This document shows, piece after piece, positions 37,986 through 48,615 of a DNA stretch of 64,000 nt (position 1 is the stretch's first letter; each line of letters opens with the position of its first letter). The notes beneath the pieces are model-generated. The model was not told the origin of the DNA, did not search any database, and saw nothing but the letters and a program-made list of their open reading frames with translations. Source of the stretch: a virus; IMG/VR virus record IMGVR_UViG_3300045970_000382, positions 1-64,000 of that record; one strand, written 5' to 3'. The translations under genes and the position numbers were made by a program.

Positions 37986-38714
37986 ATGAAGATAGGCGAT
38001 ATTTTTCAAACAAACACATCTGGTTTTTGTACTGTTATAGAGTATAAAGATTGTAAAAATGTAAGAGTTAGATTTGAAGATGGAACTGAAATAACTTGTC
38101 AGGCAGGTAATTTAAGAAATGGTTTAGTTAAAGATCCAAGTCTTAAGTTTTGTAGTATTGGTTTTATTGGAGTTGGAATTTATTCTTATACATCACATAA
38201 AAGAATTTATATGGTTTGGATTGAGATGTTAAAAAGATGTTATGACGAAGGTACTCAATTAAATAATCGATCTTATATCGGTTGTACTGTTTGTGAAAAA
38301 TGGTTTAATTTTCAAAATTTTGCCCATGATTACTTGTTGATGATAGGTTCAGATCTAAATTGGGAACTGGATAAAGATATATTATTTAAAGGAAATAAAT
38401 TATATTCACCAGAAACGTGTTGTTTAGTTCCATCTCAAATAAATAAACTTTTAACAAAAAGTGATGCTAGTAGAGGTGAATTTCATATTGGAGTTTTTTA
38501 TGATGAACGTTATATAAAACCATATTTGGCTCATTGTAGTATTAAAGGAAAACAAGAGTATCTTGGATCTTATAAAACAGAACATGAAGCACATCAAGCT
38601 TACAAAATAGCTAAAGAAACTGAAATCAAAAGACTAGCCAATGTTTATAAAGACCAATTAGATAGAAGAGTATATATTGCTCTAATGAATTACGAAGTTG
38701 AAATAACAGATTAA
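37986..38714 (+). CDS. Free-standing homing endonuclease, paralog of 26118-26852
   Basis: Colinear and highly similar; RBS lies within hairpin 37917-37984. Confidence 0.85.
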   Translation: MKIGDIFQTNTSGFCTVIEYKDCKNVRVRFEDGTEITCQAGNLRNGLVKDPSLKFCSIGFIGVGIYSYTSHKRIYMVWIEMLKRCYDEGTQLNNRSYIGCTVCEKWFNFQNFAHDYLLMIGSDLNWELDKDILFKGNKLYSPETCCLVPSQINKLLTKSDASRGEFHIGVFYDERYIKPYLAHCSIKGKQEYLGSYKTEHEAHQAYKIAKETEIKRLANVYKDQLDRRVYIALMNYEVEITD

Positions 38715-38727
38715 GAGGAATAAAACA

Positions 38728-39732
38728 ATGTCAATTGAAAGATCTAACATAAAGTACTACAAATCACTTGTTTATGATGATGGGGTAGGTAGTGGTGGTC
38801 GAAGGAGTAATACCCAGATAACATCTGGATCTTCAAACCAATTATTCCCTGTAATAACAAGTGCAGAACGATCTGCGGGATCAATAAAGTTTCGTAAAAT
38901 CTTCGTTCAAGTGGAAACGTATCAAAATTTACCTTTAATTGATGCAAAGGTTTATATAGAAAGTCCCACCCAGGCTCAAGACATGGTGTTTTTCGCTCCA
39001 GGTACAGCTACCAATATTAAATCAGGTTTAACAGGTAGTGAACGGTTTTATGGATGTGGTTATTTAAATGCTAATGTTGCTTTAGATGCAACTGTATTAA
39101 CAGTTAGAGTTGAAGATGGTACTATTCCATTGTTTGTAAGTGGCGATTTAGTTAGGATTAGTAATAAATCTAATCTTGATGATACTACCTCAGGTACTAC
39201 AGAAGAATATGTAACCATTACTGGAACTCCATCTGTAGTAGGAAGCGTAGTTACATTTAGTCTTGTTACAGGTGTTACTAATGCGTATTTGGCTGCTGAT
39301 ACAAGAGTTGCATCTGTTTATCAAGCGGGTAATGTTGATACCCGTTATAGTGATTTACTAGTTTCGTCTACTGATGGACTTTATGATGAAGTAAATTATC
39401 CTATAGAGTTGGCTTCTATTTCAACGATAACTCAGAATTGGACATTAACTTTTACTACTGCTAATTTAGTGACTGTGGTAGGTGACTCTATTGGATCTTT
39501 AGGTTCATTTTTGACTTTATCAGGAATATCACCTGTAAACGTGGCCTATTCTTCTGCTTATTTTACGTTGCCTGCTGCTGCATTTAGTGGAACTTTTGTG
39601 GCTAATGACGTTATCACTTTTAAGACTTATGCTCAATTTATTCCTTTATGGTTCAAAAGAATAGTTCCTATAGGTACAGCTACTTTTACAGGTAATAAAT
39701 TTGTTGTGGTGGTTGAAGGCGAATCGGAATAA
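38728..39732 (+). CDS. Virion structural protein (tail tip)
   Basis: LFP....ER.AG...RKIF and PLW.KRIVP.G motifs; G/T/S-rich beta composition. Confidence 0.65.
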   Translation: MSIERSNIKYYKSLVYDDGVGSGGRRSNTQITSGSSNQLFPVITSAERSAGSIKFRKIFVQVETYQNLPLIDAKVYIESPTQAQDMVFFAPGTATNIKSGLTGSERFYGCGYLNANVALDATVLTVRVEDGTIPLFVSGDLVRISNKSNLDDTTSGTTEEYVTITGTPSVVGSVVTFSLVTGVTNAYLAADTRVASVYQAGNVDTRYSDLLVSSTDGLYDEVNYPIELASISTITQNWTLTFTTANLVTVVGDSIGSLGSFLTLSGISPVNVAYSSAYFTLPAAAFSGTFVANDVITFKTYAQFIPLWFKRIVPIGTATFTGNKFVVVVEGESE

Positions 39733-41942
39733 TGGCTATTGAAGACCTTGCGGTCACTTATACAGTTTCTGCCACTTTAACTTTTTCTTTTGAAAGAGCT
39801 AAGATTATTCCTCAATTAATTGAAGGGTATACTAGTTCAGAATTTGTTTTCAATCCTTATTCTGATAGATTTGATCCTTGTGTAAATTACTACCATAGCT
39901 ATGGTATTGATCCAATAAGTGTTAATCTTACTGGTTTAGGACATTTAATTTATGTAGGTTATAATACAGAACTTTTTCAAGAGGAATTAACTTTTGATGG
40001 TTCTTCTGTAGCTTCTTTATCTCAAATACCTATAAGTAATGTGCTTATGGGTGTTGAGAGTCGTTATTTTGAAAAAATAACAGAAACATTTAATATGGGT
40101 GAAATCACTTATACTGCATCCAGTTTTTCTCCTGTATTAAAATATAATTCTATAGCTAATGAAATAAGTGTTTCTGACAATCCAGATGTTTTAGTAAAAT
40201 ATTATGGAAAGATTGTTGTAAAATACAATGTTCATAAAAATACATATAAAGTTTCTTTTAAAGGTATTCCATGTTATGATTTTGCTGGTTACGTTCCAAC
40301 AACCAGTCAAATGGGTTCATCTACTTTACCTTCAGGAAGTGGAAATAGTGGAGTTACAGTTACTAATGCCAGTTATTTTTCTGGTGGGACAAGTTATGTG
40401 ACACAAGATAATGTTATTACTTATACTACACAACTAACTCCAAATGATCTCATATTGACAAATGAGAATTATACTCTTGCAGCTATCTTTTTAACAGGTA
40501 TATCTACTATATCAGGAAAAAGAAATCAGAATTGTTGTGCTAGACCGACTTATGCGGGTGGTGTTGTAACAGGTGTTTCTGGAGATAATAATGAGGCTTT
40601 TGGTTGTACTACTGTTGTAAGTCTTTATGGGGATAATCCTGATTCAGTTTCTGATAAAAATAATAATGCAAGTGTAGGATATATGGGTTACTCTAAAGAA
40701 GGAGTTATTGAGACTTTAGAATTTAATGGATCTACATCAGTATCTTTAAAATATATTCCTATTGGTATCCCTAGTATTATAGAAAAATCTGATTTTGAAA
40801 GTATCGGAACTTATGCTAATGGTAGTGGTACATCCAATGTTCCACATAGTGGACTTGGATATAATCCATTTACTAATTCTTATGAAATAATTCCAACATC
40901 AGGTATAAGTAATGCTCAATTTTTTGGAACTATGGTTATTGGTTATGAGAGTGAAAGATATGATTATGCAGTAACTTTTAGCCAAAATAATTGCCCTGAA
41001 AATACAGATACTGAAGCTGAAAGGAAAAGAAAAGAAGATTTATCTAAAGCATTTCTTGTTATTACTTGGGGTCCTACTCATAAAACATCGCTGACTGTAA
41101 GTAGAGACAGTTCTTGTTGCCCTAAACAAAAACCAGGAAAATCAATAGAATCATATACAGTTAAAGTAGAACATGCATCTTTTTGTAATTCTTTTAAATC
41201 TAAAAAAGAAGTTTCACAAAGTGCATTAACAGGTTATACAGCTAGAGTAGATATAACAGATTATATTTTAGTACATAATTTTGGTGAATATGATTTTGAT
41301 TTAGATGCTTATACAATAGAAGATGGAACTTTTGGTAAAGCTAAACAAGATTCTGGTGGAGAATCTTCAGTAGGTGAAGTTGCAAAAGCACTGGATATTT
41401 CTTTTTCAAAGGTTTTTAGAAAAGAAGTTTTAATAAGACAACAATTATCTTTAAAAGAATCTAGTACGGCAACTTTAGATGGAATACCAAAACAACCCAA
41501 TTGGAAAGAAATTGTTCCATTAAAATCTATTCTTCCACAAAAATATGAACTCTATGTTTGTTTTGGTGTAAAAACTGAAGAAGTATATACAGGAGAGTAC
41601 AATTATTCTACACACACTTTTAATATTACTGGAGTCAAACAACTAAAAGCTAATGAAGTTTGTATCGTTAATTCTTTAAATATAGAAATGTTAGTATCTG
41701 GAGTTATAGAAGTTTCGTATTATACAACTATCTGTATTTATGAGATAATGTATACTTTAGGTTCTTCTAATCCAGCACCTAGTGTAACAGAATCAAGATA
41801 TAGAATTAGTTTTGTAAGTGACGATATTGTTTTAAATGGAGAATGTAAGTCTGATATAAAATCTATAAATGTGGTCAGTAAGAAAAAACTGAATAAAAGT
41901 TTTAAAGAATTTTTTGATTCATGTAAGACATGTAATCCTTGA
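39732..41942 (+). CDS. Putative tail protein with internal repeats
   Basis: Repeated E.L.F.GS..SL...P module; synteny. Confidence 0.55.
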   Translation: MAIEDLAVTYTVSATLTFSFERAKIIPQLIEGYTSSEFVFNPYSDRFDPCVNYYHSYGIDPISVNLTGLGHLIYVGYNTELFQEELTFDGSSVASLSQIPISNVLMGVESRYFEKITETFNMGEITYTASSFSPVLKYNSIANEISVSDNPDVLVKYYGKIVVKYNVHKNTYKVSFKGIPCYDFAGYVPTTSQMGSSTLPSGSGNSGVTVTNASYFSGGTSYVTQDNVITYTTQLTPNDLILTNENYTLAAIFLTGISTISGKRNQNCCARPTYAGGVVTGVSGDNNEAFGCTTVVSLYGDNPDSVSDKNNNASVGYMGYSKEGVIETLEFNGSTSVSLKYIPIGIPSIIEKSDFESIGTYANGSGTSNVPHSGLGYNPFTNSYEIIPTSGISNAQFFGTMVIGYESERYDYAVTFSQNNCPENTDTEAERKRKEDLSKAFLVITWGPTHKTSLTVSRDSSCCPKQKPGKSIESYTVKVEHASFCNSFKSKKEVSQSALTGYTARVDITDYILVHNFGEYDFDLDAYTIEDGTFGKAKQDSGGESSVGEVAKALDISFSKVFRKEVLIRQQLSLKESSTATLDGIPKQPNWKEIVPLKSILPQKYELYVCFGVKTEEVYTGEYNYSTHTFNITGVKQLKANEVCIVNSLNIEMLVSGVIEVSYYTTICIYEIMYTLGSSNPAPSVTESRYRISFVSDDIVLNGECKSDIKSINVVSKKKLNKSFKEFFDSCKTCNP

Positions 41943-41969
41943 AATTAAGTTTAATAAAGGAAAAATAAA

Positions 41970-42326
41970 GTGATTGAGTATAAACGAAAATATTCCATTC
42001 TTAATTTAACTGATTTAGGATTGTTTCATGACGGTCAATTGCCTCCTGATTACGATGGTTCAGTATTAAAGATAGAAGTTGTTCATAGAATTTTATTTGT
42101 AAATGAATTTACGGGTGAGTTGTTTACGATGACATTTAATCCTCCTGATGCAAAAAATTCTAGTAAAACTGTTACTCCATATACAAAAGATGAAATAAAG
42201 TTAAGAACTGCTGATGTTAATGAAGAACATGAGGATGGCAACCATTATTTTCCTAAAAGAGTAAAAGATTTGGCTGATTTTTTTATAGCAGATATAGAAA
42301 AAGATGGTGAGTCAAAGGTCATTTAG
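41970..42326 (+). CDS. Hypothetical protein
   Basis: AAGGA RBS, GTG start. Confidence 0.6.
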   Translation: MIEYKRKYSILNLTDLGLFHDGQLPPDYDGSVLKIEVVHRILFVNEFTGELFTMTFNPPDAKNSSKTVTPYTKDEIKLRTADVNEEHEDGNHYFPKRVKDLADFFIADIEKDGESKVI

Positions 42327-42986
42327 ATGTTTAGAATCAGTTCTTTTTTAGATACGGATACTACAATAGATTCTGAGGGAAATAATTACTTTGTTTTAGA
42401 CAGTCCCTATTCTTTTCCAGTAGCCAATGTGGTTAATTTTTTATTGGATCCTAACGTGAATATAATAGTTAATTCTACTTTTGAAAGTCTTGATAACTTC
42501 AGTACATCTTCAATATTGTTTCAAAAAGTGTATTATGAATTTTCTTCTGCTTTTAATTTCTTAACTACTTTAAATACAATTAAAGTTAAAGATAGTCTTA
42601 TTTGTTTAGATGATTTTTATAAAGTAACATCACCTTTGGAATGTTTTGAAAGATTCCAAATAAATAATTTTTATGAGTTTTTAGATAATGAAGCATTTAT
42701 TATAAAGAATGGTTTAGATATTTTTACAAATGGATTACTTGTAAAGAATTTTTGCAGTTCTTTAGATCCATATACAGTTTTTGTTACAGATACTATAGAA
42801 TTAACAGATACGTATGTTAATCCAGTATTTTCATTTTTAGATTCTTTATACGACTGTAAAAATACTGTATCTGCTGAATTAGCAGTTTTAGAAGATTTTG
42901 TAGATAGAGTTCCAGTTTCAAAAGCATTTGAATTTTTACAAGATTCAAAAGTAACTCCACCTTTTTCAATCACGATGACTAATTAA
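42327..42986 (+). CDS. Hypothetical acidic tail-region protein
   Basis: ORF in tail operon. Confidence 0.55.
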   Translation: MFRISSFLDTDTTIDSEGNNYFVLDSPYSFPVANVVNFLLDPNVNIIVNSTFESLDNFSTSSILFQKVYYEFSSAFNFLTTLNTIKVKDSLICLDDFYKVTSPLECFERFQINNFYEFLDNEAFIIKNGLDIFTNGLLVKNFCSSLDPYTVFVTDTIELTDTYVNPVFSFLDSLYDCKNTVSAELAVLEDFVDRVPVSKAFEFLQDSKVTPPFSITMTN

Positions 42987-42991
42987 GATTC

Positions 42992-44125
42992 ATGGCTTTA
43001 ATTACTTTCAGTTTTGTATCTTTAGATATATCAATAGACGAAAATAGTCCTTATTGGGATTGTGCTGCTGTCATAGCAGACTATTCTCAATTTGAAAGTA
43101 TTAATGAAGGTGATTCTTTTAATGTATCTATATCGGGTGAAATTTGGACATTTATTATTGTCAGTAAAAAAGAAGATAGAAATTCACCTGCCATACCTAA
43201 TTTTACAATTACAGGTAGATCTGATACATGTTTATTAGACCCACCTTATAAGCTTCCACTCATTTATGTGATGCAAGAAGATAGCAGTGCTAAAGAAGTG
43301 GTATCTGCTTTATTAGAACATAGACCTGTGACTTGGCTGTTAAAAGATTCTGTCGGTGCAGAATTAGATTGGACTTTAGATATGTTCAGTATCGCTGAAA
43401 GTGGTTCTAGCAGATTGGATTGCGCTAAGAAAATAGTTGAAGCGGCTGGTGGAGTTTTAGAATGTGAGCCTGATGGAACTGTGGTAGTTAGACCTTTGTT
43501 TTCTATATCTCCTTGGCAATATGATACAATAGTTGCAGATCATTCATTTACAGATGTTGAAAATTTACTTAATCTGTCTTTTGATTATACTTTAGAATCA
43601 TTTTATGATTGGGTAAGAGTTAGAAATGTAGACCATTCTACTATATACGCTCCTACTGATAAAATAGAAATGATTTTCAATTTAACAGATGATGGAACTA
43701 ATTTTATTGAGAGTAGGTCTGAGAATTTACATGGATGGTTAAGAGTTTATCCATTTCCATACAGAAATATGGAAGTTAAAACAACAGGATCTTTAGCTGT
43801 AGTAAAAATAGATTTTGCTACTAAAAAAGAAGAATATAGAGTAGTTCCTAGAGAATTTATAGAGATAATTAAAGGTGCGGGCAATACTCAGTTTCCTATT
43901 TATGATATTTTAGAGTTTCGTTGGCAAGCAGAAGATTTAGGCCCATTGACATTCAATCCTTATACCACGGTTTTATTTTCTACTAAGGCAACGCCAGGTT
44001 ATTCTACAGTAATGGTCACGTATAGAACACGGTGTTATAAATGGGCAGTAATTGCTACTATGCCAGAACTTTTTTCAAAATACGAGACTCAAATTCTTTT
44101 GGTGGATCCAAGTGCCATTAAGTGA
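42992..44125 (+). CDS. Tail tip/hub protein (putative)
   Basis: I.GRS...LL, IVEAAGG......DG...VRP pattern. Confidence 0.6.
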   Translation: MALITFSFVSLDISIDENSPYWDCAAVIADYSQFESINEGDSFNVSISGEIWTFIIVSKKEDRNSPAIPNFTITGRSDTCLLDPPYKLPLIYVMQEDSSAKEVVSALLEHRPVTWLLKDSVGAELDWTLDMFSIAESGSSRLDCAKKIVEAAGGVLECEPDGTVVVRPLFSISPWQYDTIVADHSFTDVENLLNLSFDYTLESFYDWVRVRNVDHSTIYAPTDKIEMIFNLTDDGTNFIESRSENLHGWLRVYPFPYRNMEVKTTGSLAVVKIDFATKKEEYRVVPREFIEIIKGAGNTQFPIYDILEFRWQAEDLGPLTFNPYTTVLFSTKATPGYSTVMVTYRTRCYKWAVIATMPELFSKYETQILLVDPSAIK

Positions 44126-44651
44126 AATTAGCCAGTTTTTAAATACAGATGTTGCAGTCGGGTTCAATAGCGAAACGTTGCCTGGAAATATTATTTTAGA
44201 AGAGGACAGTAATTATAATTTAAATTCATTTCCTGGATCAACTCAAAGATTTTTTTTATATACAAGTATTGGAGTTACTAACATACAGGTATCCAGTACT
44301 TTAGGCAGTCTTAGATATTTAAAAGATTACACTGTTAAAAAGGAAGAGATGGCCACTATTACTAACCAAGGATATCTTAATTTAAAATATCCAATTACTC
44401 CAGGAACAATACCTAATTTTATGGTAATTGGTAAACCGCTTAATTATGGTGGTATAGAACAACGACGAGACAAAACTTGGCTAGTGAAAGCCCAAGACTT
44501 GAATAAGAACTACATGATGGTTATTTTATTAGTGGATTATATGACGACGAGACAGCATTGGGAGTTAAGTAATACTTTTTTCCCATTGGCTAGTTACGAA
44601 ATTGGAATTTTAGCAACGGGAACTAATCCGCTTTTGAAAAAGAGTTCATAA
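44052..44651 (+). CDS. Putative tail protein
   Basis: ORF in tail operon; true start probably the GTG near 44112. Confidence 0.5.
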   Translation: MLLCQNFFQNTRLKFFWWIQVPLSEISQFLNTDVAVGFNSETLPGNIILEEDSNYNLNSFPGSTQRFFLYTSIGVTNIQVSSTLGSLRYLKDYTVKKEEMATITNQGYLNLKYPITPGTIPNFMVIGKPLNYGGIEQRRDKTWLVKAQDLNKNYMMVILLVDYMTTRQHWELSNTFFPLASYEIGILATGTNPLLKKSS

Positions 44652-44652
44652 A

Positions 44653-45213
44653 ATGCCCATAGTACCTATTACTCAGCAACAGATTGTAACTGCGAACTTA
44701 AGTGTCACGTTTACAGTGTCAGGGGCATCTTCTTTAAAAGCAGAAATAGATTCTCGTCATAGTGGTGGTAATGCGGGTAAAACCAGTTTTAAGCCAGGCG
44801 ACGAGGTATCTTGGTTGCTGTTTAGAAGTCCGGCAGTCTATTTAGATCAGATTATTACCAGTGCGGGTACTACATCGGGTTCCATAATTGATAGCAAAGG
44901 TGGAACGGGGGAGTCTATACCCGTTAAAGAATTTTTATCTTTAGCGGGAGTTTATGATGTGTCTTTAGAGTACCCGTATTATTCCAATTTTTCGTATGAA
45001 TGGGTAGGTACTCCAGGTGCCACTGTTATAGAAACTCCACCTATTGGATCAACTCAACTCAATTTTAAAGGTACAAGTAAATACGGGGCTATAGGTTATT
45101 TAATAATAAAATATAACACGTTAGGAGAAGTAAATCGGTTAGTGTCTACTTACTTACCCTATTTACAATATGATATAGTAGTCTATATAGGTGGACATGA
45201 TCCTAATCTTTAA
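44653..45213 (+). CDS. Putative tail protein
   Basis: Synteny; beta-rich. Confidence 0.55.
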   Translation: MPIVPITQQQIVTANLSVTFTVSGASSLKAEIDSRHSGGNAGKTSFKPGDEVSWLLFRSPAVYLDQIITSAGTTSGSIIDSKGGTGESIPVKEFLSLAGVYDVSLEYPYYSNFSYEWVGTPGATVIETPPIGSTQLNFKGTSKYGAIGYLIIKYNTLGEVNRLVSTYLPYLQYDIVVYIGGHDPNL

Positions 45214-45229
45214 ATTCAAGGTGAATTAA

Positions 45230-45583
45230 TTGATTGTTACAGATATTGTTGTTCAGAGGCCAAATGCTTTCCCATATAAAGCAGAAGACATATTTGATAT
45301 TTTGATCCAGGGTAAAGAATGTGCCTTAGCTAGAGGACGGTCTTTTCTTGATGAAAAAGGTACAGGTACCCAAGTTGTTTCATTTGATATTCCATACGTA
45401 CCTAATTTAAGATTAGGACAAATAGTCCAAGTTTCAGATTCATTTTTAGCTTTGACTTGGCGAGCTAAAATAGTATCTATCAGTCATAAGATTCAAATAG
45501 GATCTGGTTCTTCATTGCTATTGACCACAAATTTGAAAGTAAAAAAACCATCCACTTATTTTGTTCCCGCTTCGGAGTTCTAA
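45230..45583 (+). CDS. Putative tail hub C-terminal-like protein
   Basis: ALARGR..LD, LRLGQIVQV.D, I..ISH.I. Confidence 0.55.
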   Translation: MIVTDIVVQRPNAFPYKAEDIFDILIQGKECALARGRSFLDEKGTGTQVVSFDIPYVPNLRLGQIVQVSDSFLALTWRAKIVSISHKIQIGSGSSLLLTTNLKVKKPSTYFVPASEF

Positions 45584-45585
45584 TC

Positions 45586-45819
45586 ATGAGTCTTGTAAAC
45601 GATTTAAAATCAGTGTTTAATCCAAGTAAATCTTATGTGACGGGTAATGTTATATCTGTAGAAGTAGATAGGGCTATTGTCAGTACTATTAATGGTCGAG
45701 CGAATTGTGGCATAGGTATATTGTCTACTTTAAAAGCGAATGATAAAGTCCATATTGAGGACGGCACTATCATAGGTAAGTTGTCTGATGAAAAATCTCT
45801 TACCAAACACTTCGTTTGA
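45586..45819 (+). CDS. Small OB-fold-like tail protein
   Basis: G.V.SV....A.V.T..G and D.V.IEDG.IIG pattern. Confidence 0.5.
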   Translation: MSLVNDLKSVFNPSKSYVTGNVISVEVDRAIVSTINGRANCGIGILSTLKANDKVHIEDGTIIGKLSDEKSLTKHFV

Positions 45820-45936
45820 AAACGCGTCTTGCTGGCACGAAAATCGTTGTCTAAGCCACGTTCTTTTTATGAGTGGTGTACTGGTGTTAGTTAATGAAAA
45901 CTCCAAGCTTAAATCGAATATTTTGAAGGTGGCATT

Positions 45937-47058
45937 GTGGCAGTAATGGTTTTTAGAAATACAGATACTGGAGTCCCTGATCCTGGATTAAAAAGTGACA
46001 GTGCTTCAGGTATGTTTGTCAATTTTTTAGATAAATGTCTGGTTACTGGATTTGGTGGTGCAAGCATTTCATCTATTACTAGAAGTGGGTCTGTTGTAAC
46101 TGTGGTGACAGCTACTGCTCATGGTTTGGCTCCTACATTACAGACTTATAGGTATGTTTTAATAGCAGGAGTAGAGCAAACAGAGTATAATGGCACGTTT
46201 AAGGCCACAATCATCAATACAACCACTTTTACTTATCCAATAACAACAACTCCTATATCACCTGGAACCAGTTCTACTGCAATGACTGTTAAAATTGCTC
46301 CGGCTGGTTGGACTAAACCATTTACGGGAACAAATAGTGCCGCATTTAAACAGCCTGCTGGTTCAAATGGAATGTATCTTTTTGTGGAAGATACTGTAGG
46401 TATTAATGGGTTGCTTTATCGTGGTTATGAAACCATGTCTAACATTGGTACAGGAACAAATCCATTTCCTGCAGGTGCTTACCTTAGTTGGTATAAATGG
46501 AGTACATCGGGTATTGATTGGGTATTCATTACTAATGGGAAGTTTTTTTATTTTATATCGTTGTGTTCTTATACTTCTTATTATAGTTATTGGGTGATTG
46601 CTTTTGGGGATTTCACTTCGTATTTAATAGCTCCAGATAATTATAATACTATTTTAATAGGTAATGCTCTTTCTACTCAAGCATGTAATTTTATGTGTCT
46701 TGGTAATGGAACTGGACGTTATATCGCTAGATCTTGGGCTCAAACAGGAGCTGCTTTTTCTTTTGCAAATTGGACTGATGGTATATCAGGAGCTTATATA
46801 GGTGGACAAGGTTTTAGTTATCCAGAACCTAATAGAAATGCTTTTATAGTATCTCCTGTTTATATTAATGATGGTTGTAAACGAGGAGTATTACCTGGAT
46901 TTCTTAATCCATTACATGCAGCAAGAATATTTGCTGATCTTGATTTTATTCAAGGTACAGGTGATTATGCAGGCAGACTTTATCTTTATAAATATCTTGG
47001 AGGTTCTAATGCTCCTGCTAATACTGCTGCTCTGTTTGAAGTTTCGGACACTTGGTAA
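45937..47058 (+). CDS. Tail fibre/receptor-binding module 1, protein A
   Basis: TDTG.P, LD.CLV.G, SITRSG..V..TAHGL, PAGWTK.FTGTN, RGYETMS; paralog of 47434 and 49795. Confidence 0.7.
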   Translation: MAVMVFRNTDTGVPDPGLKSDSASGMFVNFLDKCLVTGFGGASISSITRSGSVVTVVTATAHGLAPTLQTYRYVLIAGVEQTEYNGTFKATIINTTTFTYPITTTPISPGTSSTAMTVKIAPAGWTKPFTGTNSAAFKQPAGSNGMYLFVEDTVGINGLLYRGYETMSNIGTGTNPFPAGAYLSWYKWSTSGIDWVFITNGKFFYFISLCSYTSYYSYWVIAFGDFTSYLIAPDNYNTILIGNALSTQACNFMCLGNGTGRYIARSWAQTGAAFSFANWTDGISGAYIGGQGFSYPEPNRNAFIVSPVYINDGCKRGVLPGFLNPLHAARIFADLDFIQGTGDYAGRLYLYKYLGGSNAPANTAALFEVSDTW

Positions 47059-47064
47059 ATAGTT

Positions 47065-47421
47065 ATGGCAACAATAACTCCAACTAACATGTTATGTCTT
47101 TCAAATGATATTCCTATATATTGTTCACCTTGGATTGAATATTGGGATTCTAAAGCCTGTTTTATTCCTGATGTGACTGGTTCTATATCAGGAGTAGTCA
47201 CTCTTAAAGGTGTACTTATGCCAGGTGAACTGGTGTCTTTGTATTACAGACCTAATGGTAAGAAAATAGGATCTGTTTTAACTGATAATAATGGATCTTT
47301 TACTTTTCAGCATCTGGATAAAAACAGTAACCAATACTACGCAGTTGCCAGACTAAAAGGAACCTATATAGAGCCAGAAAAATACAACGCTCTAATTTAC
47401 GATCTGCTTCAACCAATTTAA
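47065..47421 (+). CDS. Module 1, protein B (carboxypeptidase-regulatory-like beta domain only)
   Basis: GSISGVV...V.LY...G...TD.NG.F.F..L, shared with the C-termini of 48616 and 50959. Confidence 0.6.
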   Translation: MATITPTNMLCLSNDIPIYCSPWIEYWDSKACFIPDVTGSISGVVTLKGVLMPGELVSLYYRPNGKKIGSVLTDNNGSFTFQHLDKNSNQYYAVARLKGTYIEPEKYNALIYDLLQPI

Positions 47422-47433
47422 AGAGATAAGAAA

Positions 47434-48612
47434 ATGAGTGGAACCACCATTGTCACACTAAGATCTACAGATACAGGAGCACCACGATTATCTGGTACAG
47501 CAGGAGATATAATTGCTTTATTTGATGCCTGTCTTATCAATGGCTATAACAGTAAAACAGTTCTAAGTATGGTTAGAACTAATCAGACTGTTACTGTCTA
47601 TTTTGCTACTGCACATAATCTTGCAGGAGATGGGGTTACTAAAGTTTTAATATCGGGAGCAGATCAAGTTGAATATAACGGAATATTTAAAATAAGTAAT
47701 ATCCAGGCTTCATCTTTTGATATTACGGTGACAGGGTCACCTTTGTCTCCCGCTACTGGGACTACTATTACATCTAAAGTGGCTCCAGTAGGTTGGTCTA
47801 AGGCTTTTACTGGAACCAATTTAGGTGTGTACAGAAGTTTAGAAAGTACTGCCACCAAATTATATCTTCGTATTGATGATACGGGTACTTTATCTTGTAG
47901 AGCCCGTGGTTTTGAAACCATGTCTGATGTGAATAATGGCAGTGGTTTGTTTCCTACTGATTTACAATTATCGGGTGGTTTGTTTATTCAAAAATCTAAT
48001 AGCGCTTCTACTGCTTCACGGCCTTGGATTTTAGTAGGCGATGGGTTTGAGTTTTTCTTTTTTAGTGCAGCGCACGGAAGTTATCCAACTTTATTTTATT
48101 CTTTTCATTTTGGTGATCCAGCATCGGAAATGACCAGTGATCCGTATGGTTGTTTGATTTATGGTGGTAATGCAGATGATACTGGTCAGGCCCCAGCCTT
48201 TTACTGTGGTGTTGCTCCTCAATCTATAACAACTTCTTTAGCTGCCCAGGCAGGTCATTATTACGCTAGGATTTATAATCAACTAGGTGGTAGTGTAGGA
48301 GCTTCTAAATTAGGTTCAAGTGGTTTAGGTGGAACTACAATAGGATATGGTGGTATTTTAACTTATCCTGCACAACATAATAACGGTTTATATATTGCTC
48401 CTATTGTCGTATCAGACACGTATGTCATACGAGGTCAATTGAAAGGACTTTACCAACCATTACATAGAACTCCTTTAGGAAATTGGATACTTGTAGATGT
48501 GAGCTTATCTCCAATAAATAGAAGACTTTATTCTATAGGTACATCTGTAGGAACTCAAGGTAATATTCTTACAGGTGAAGTCCATGTTGACATTGATGGT
48601 CCATGGCGGTAA
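47434..48612 (+). CDS. Tail fibre/receptor-binding module 2, protein A
   Basis: LRSTDTGAPRLSGTAGD ... DIDGPWR. Confidence 0.7.
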   Translation: MSGTTIVTLRSTDTGAPRLSGTAGDIIALFDACLINGYNSKTVLSMVRTNQTVTVYFATAHNLAGDGVTKVLISGADQVEYNGIFKISNIQASSFDITVTGSPLSPATGTTITSKVAPVGWSKAFTGTNLGVYRSLESTATKLYLRIDDTGTLSCRARGFETMSDVNNGSGLFPTDLQLSGGLFIQKSNSASTASRPWILVGDGFEFFFFSAAHGSYPTLFYSFHFGDPASEMTSDPYGCLIYGGNADDTGQAPAFYCGVAPQSITTSLAAQAGHYYARIYNQLGGSVGASKLGSSGLGGTTIGYGGILTYPAQHNNGLYIAPIVVSDTYVIRGQLKGLYQPLHRTPLGNWILVDVSLSPINRRLYSIGTSVGTQGNILTGEVHVDIDGPWR

Positions 48613-48615
48613 TAC

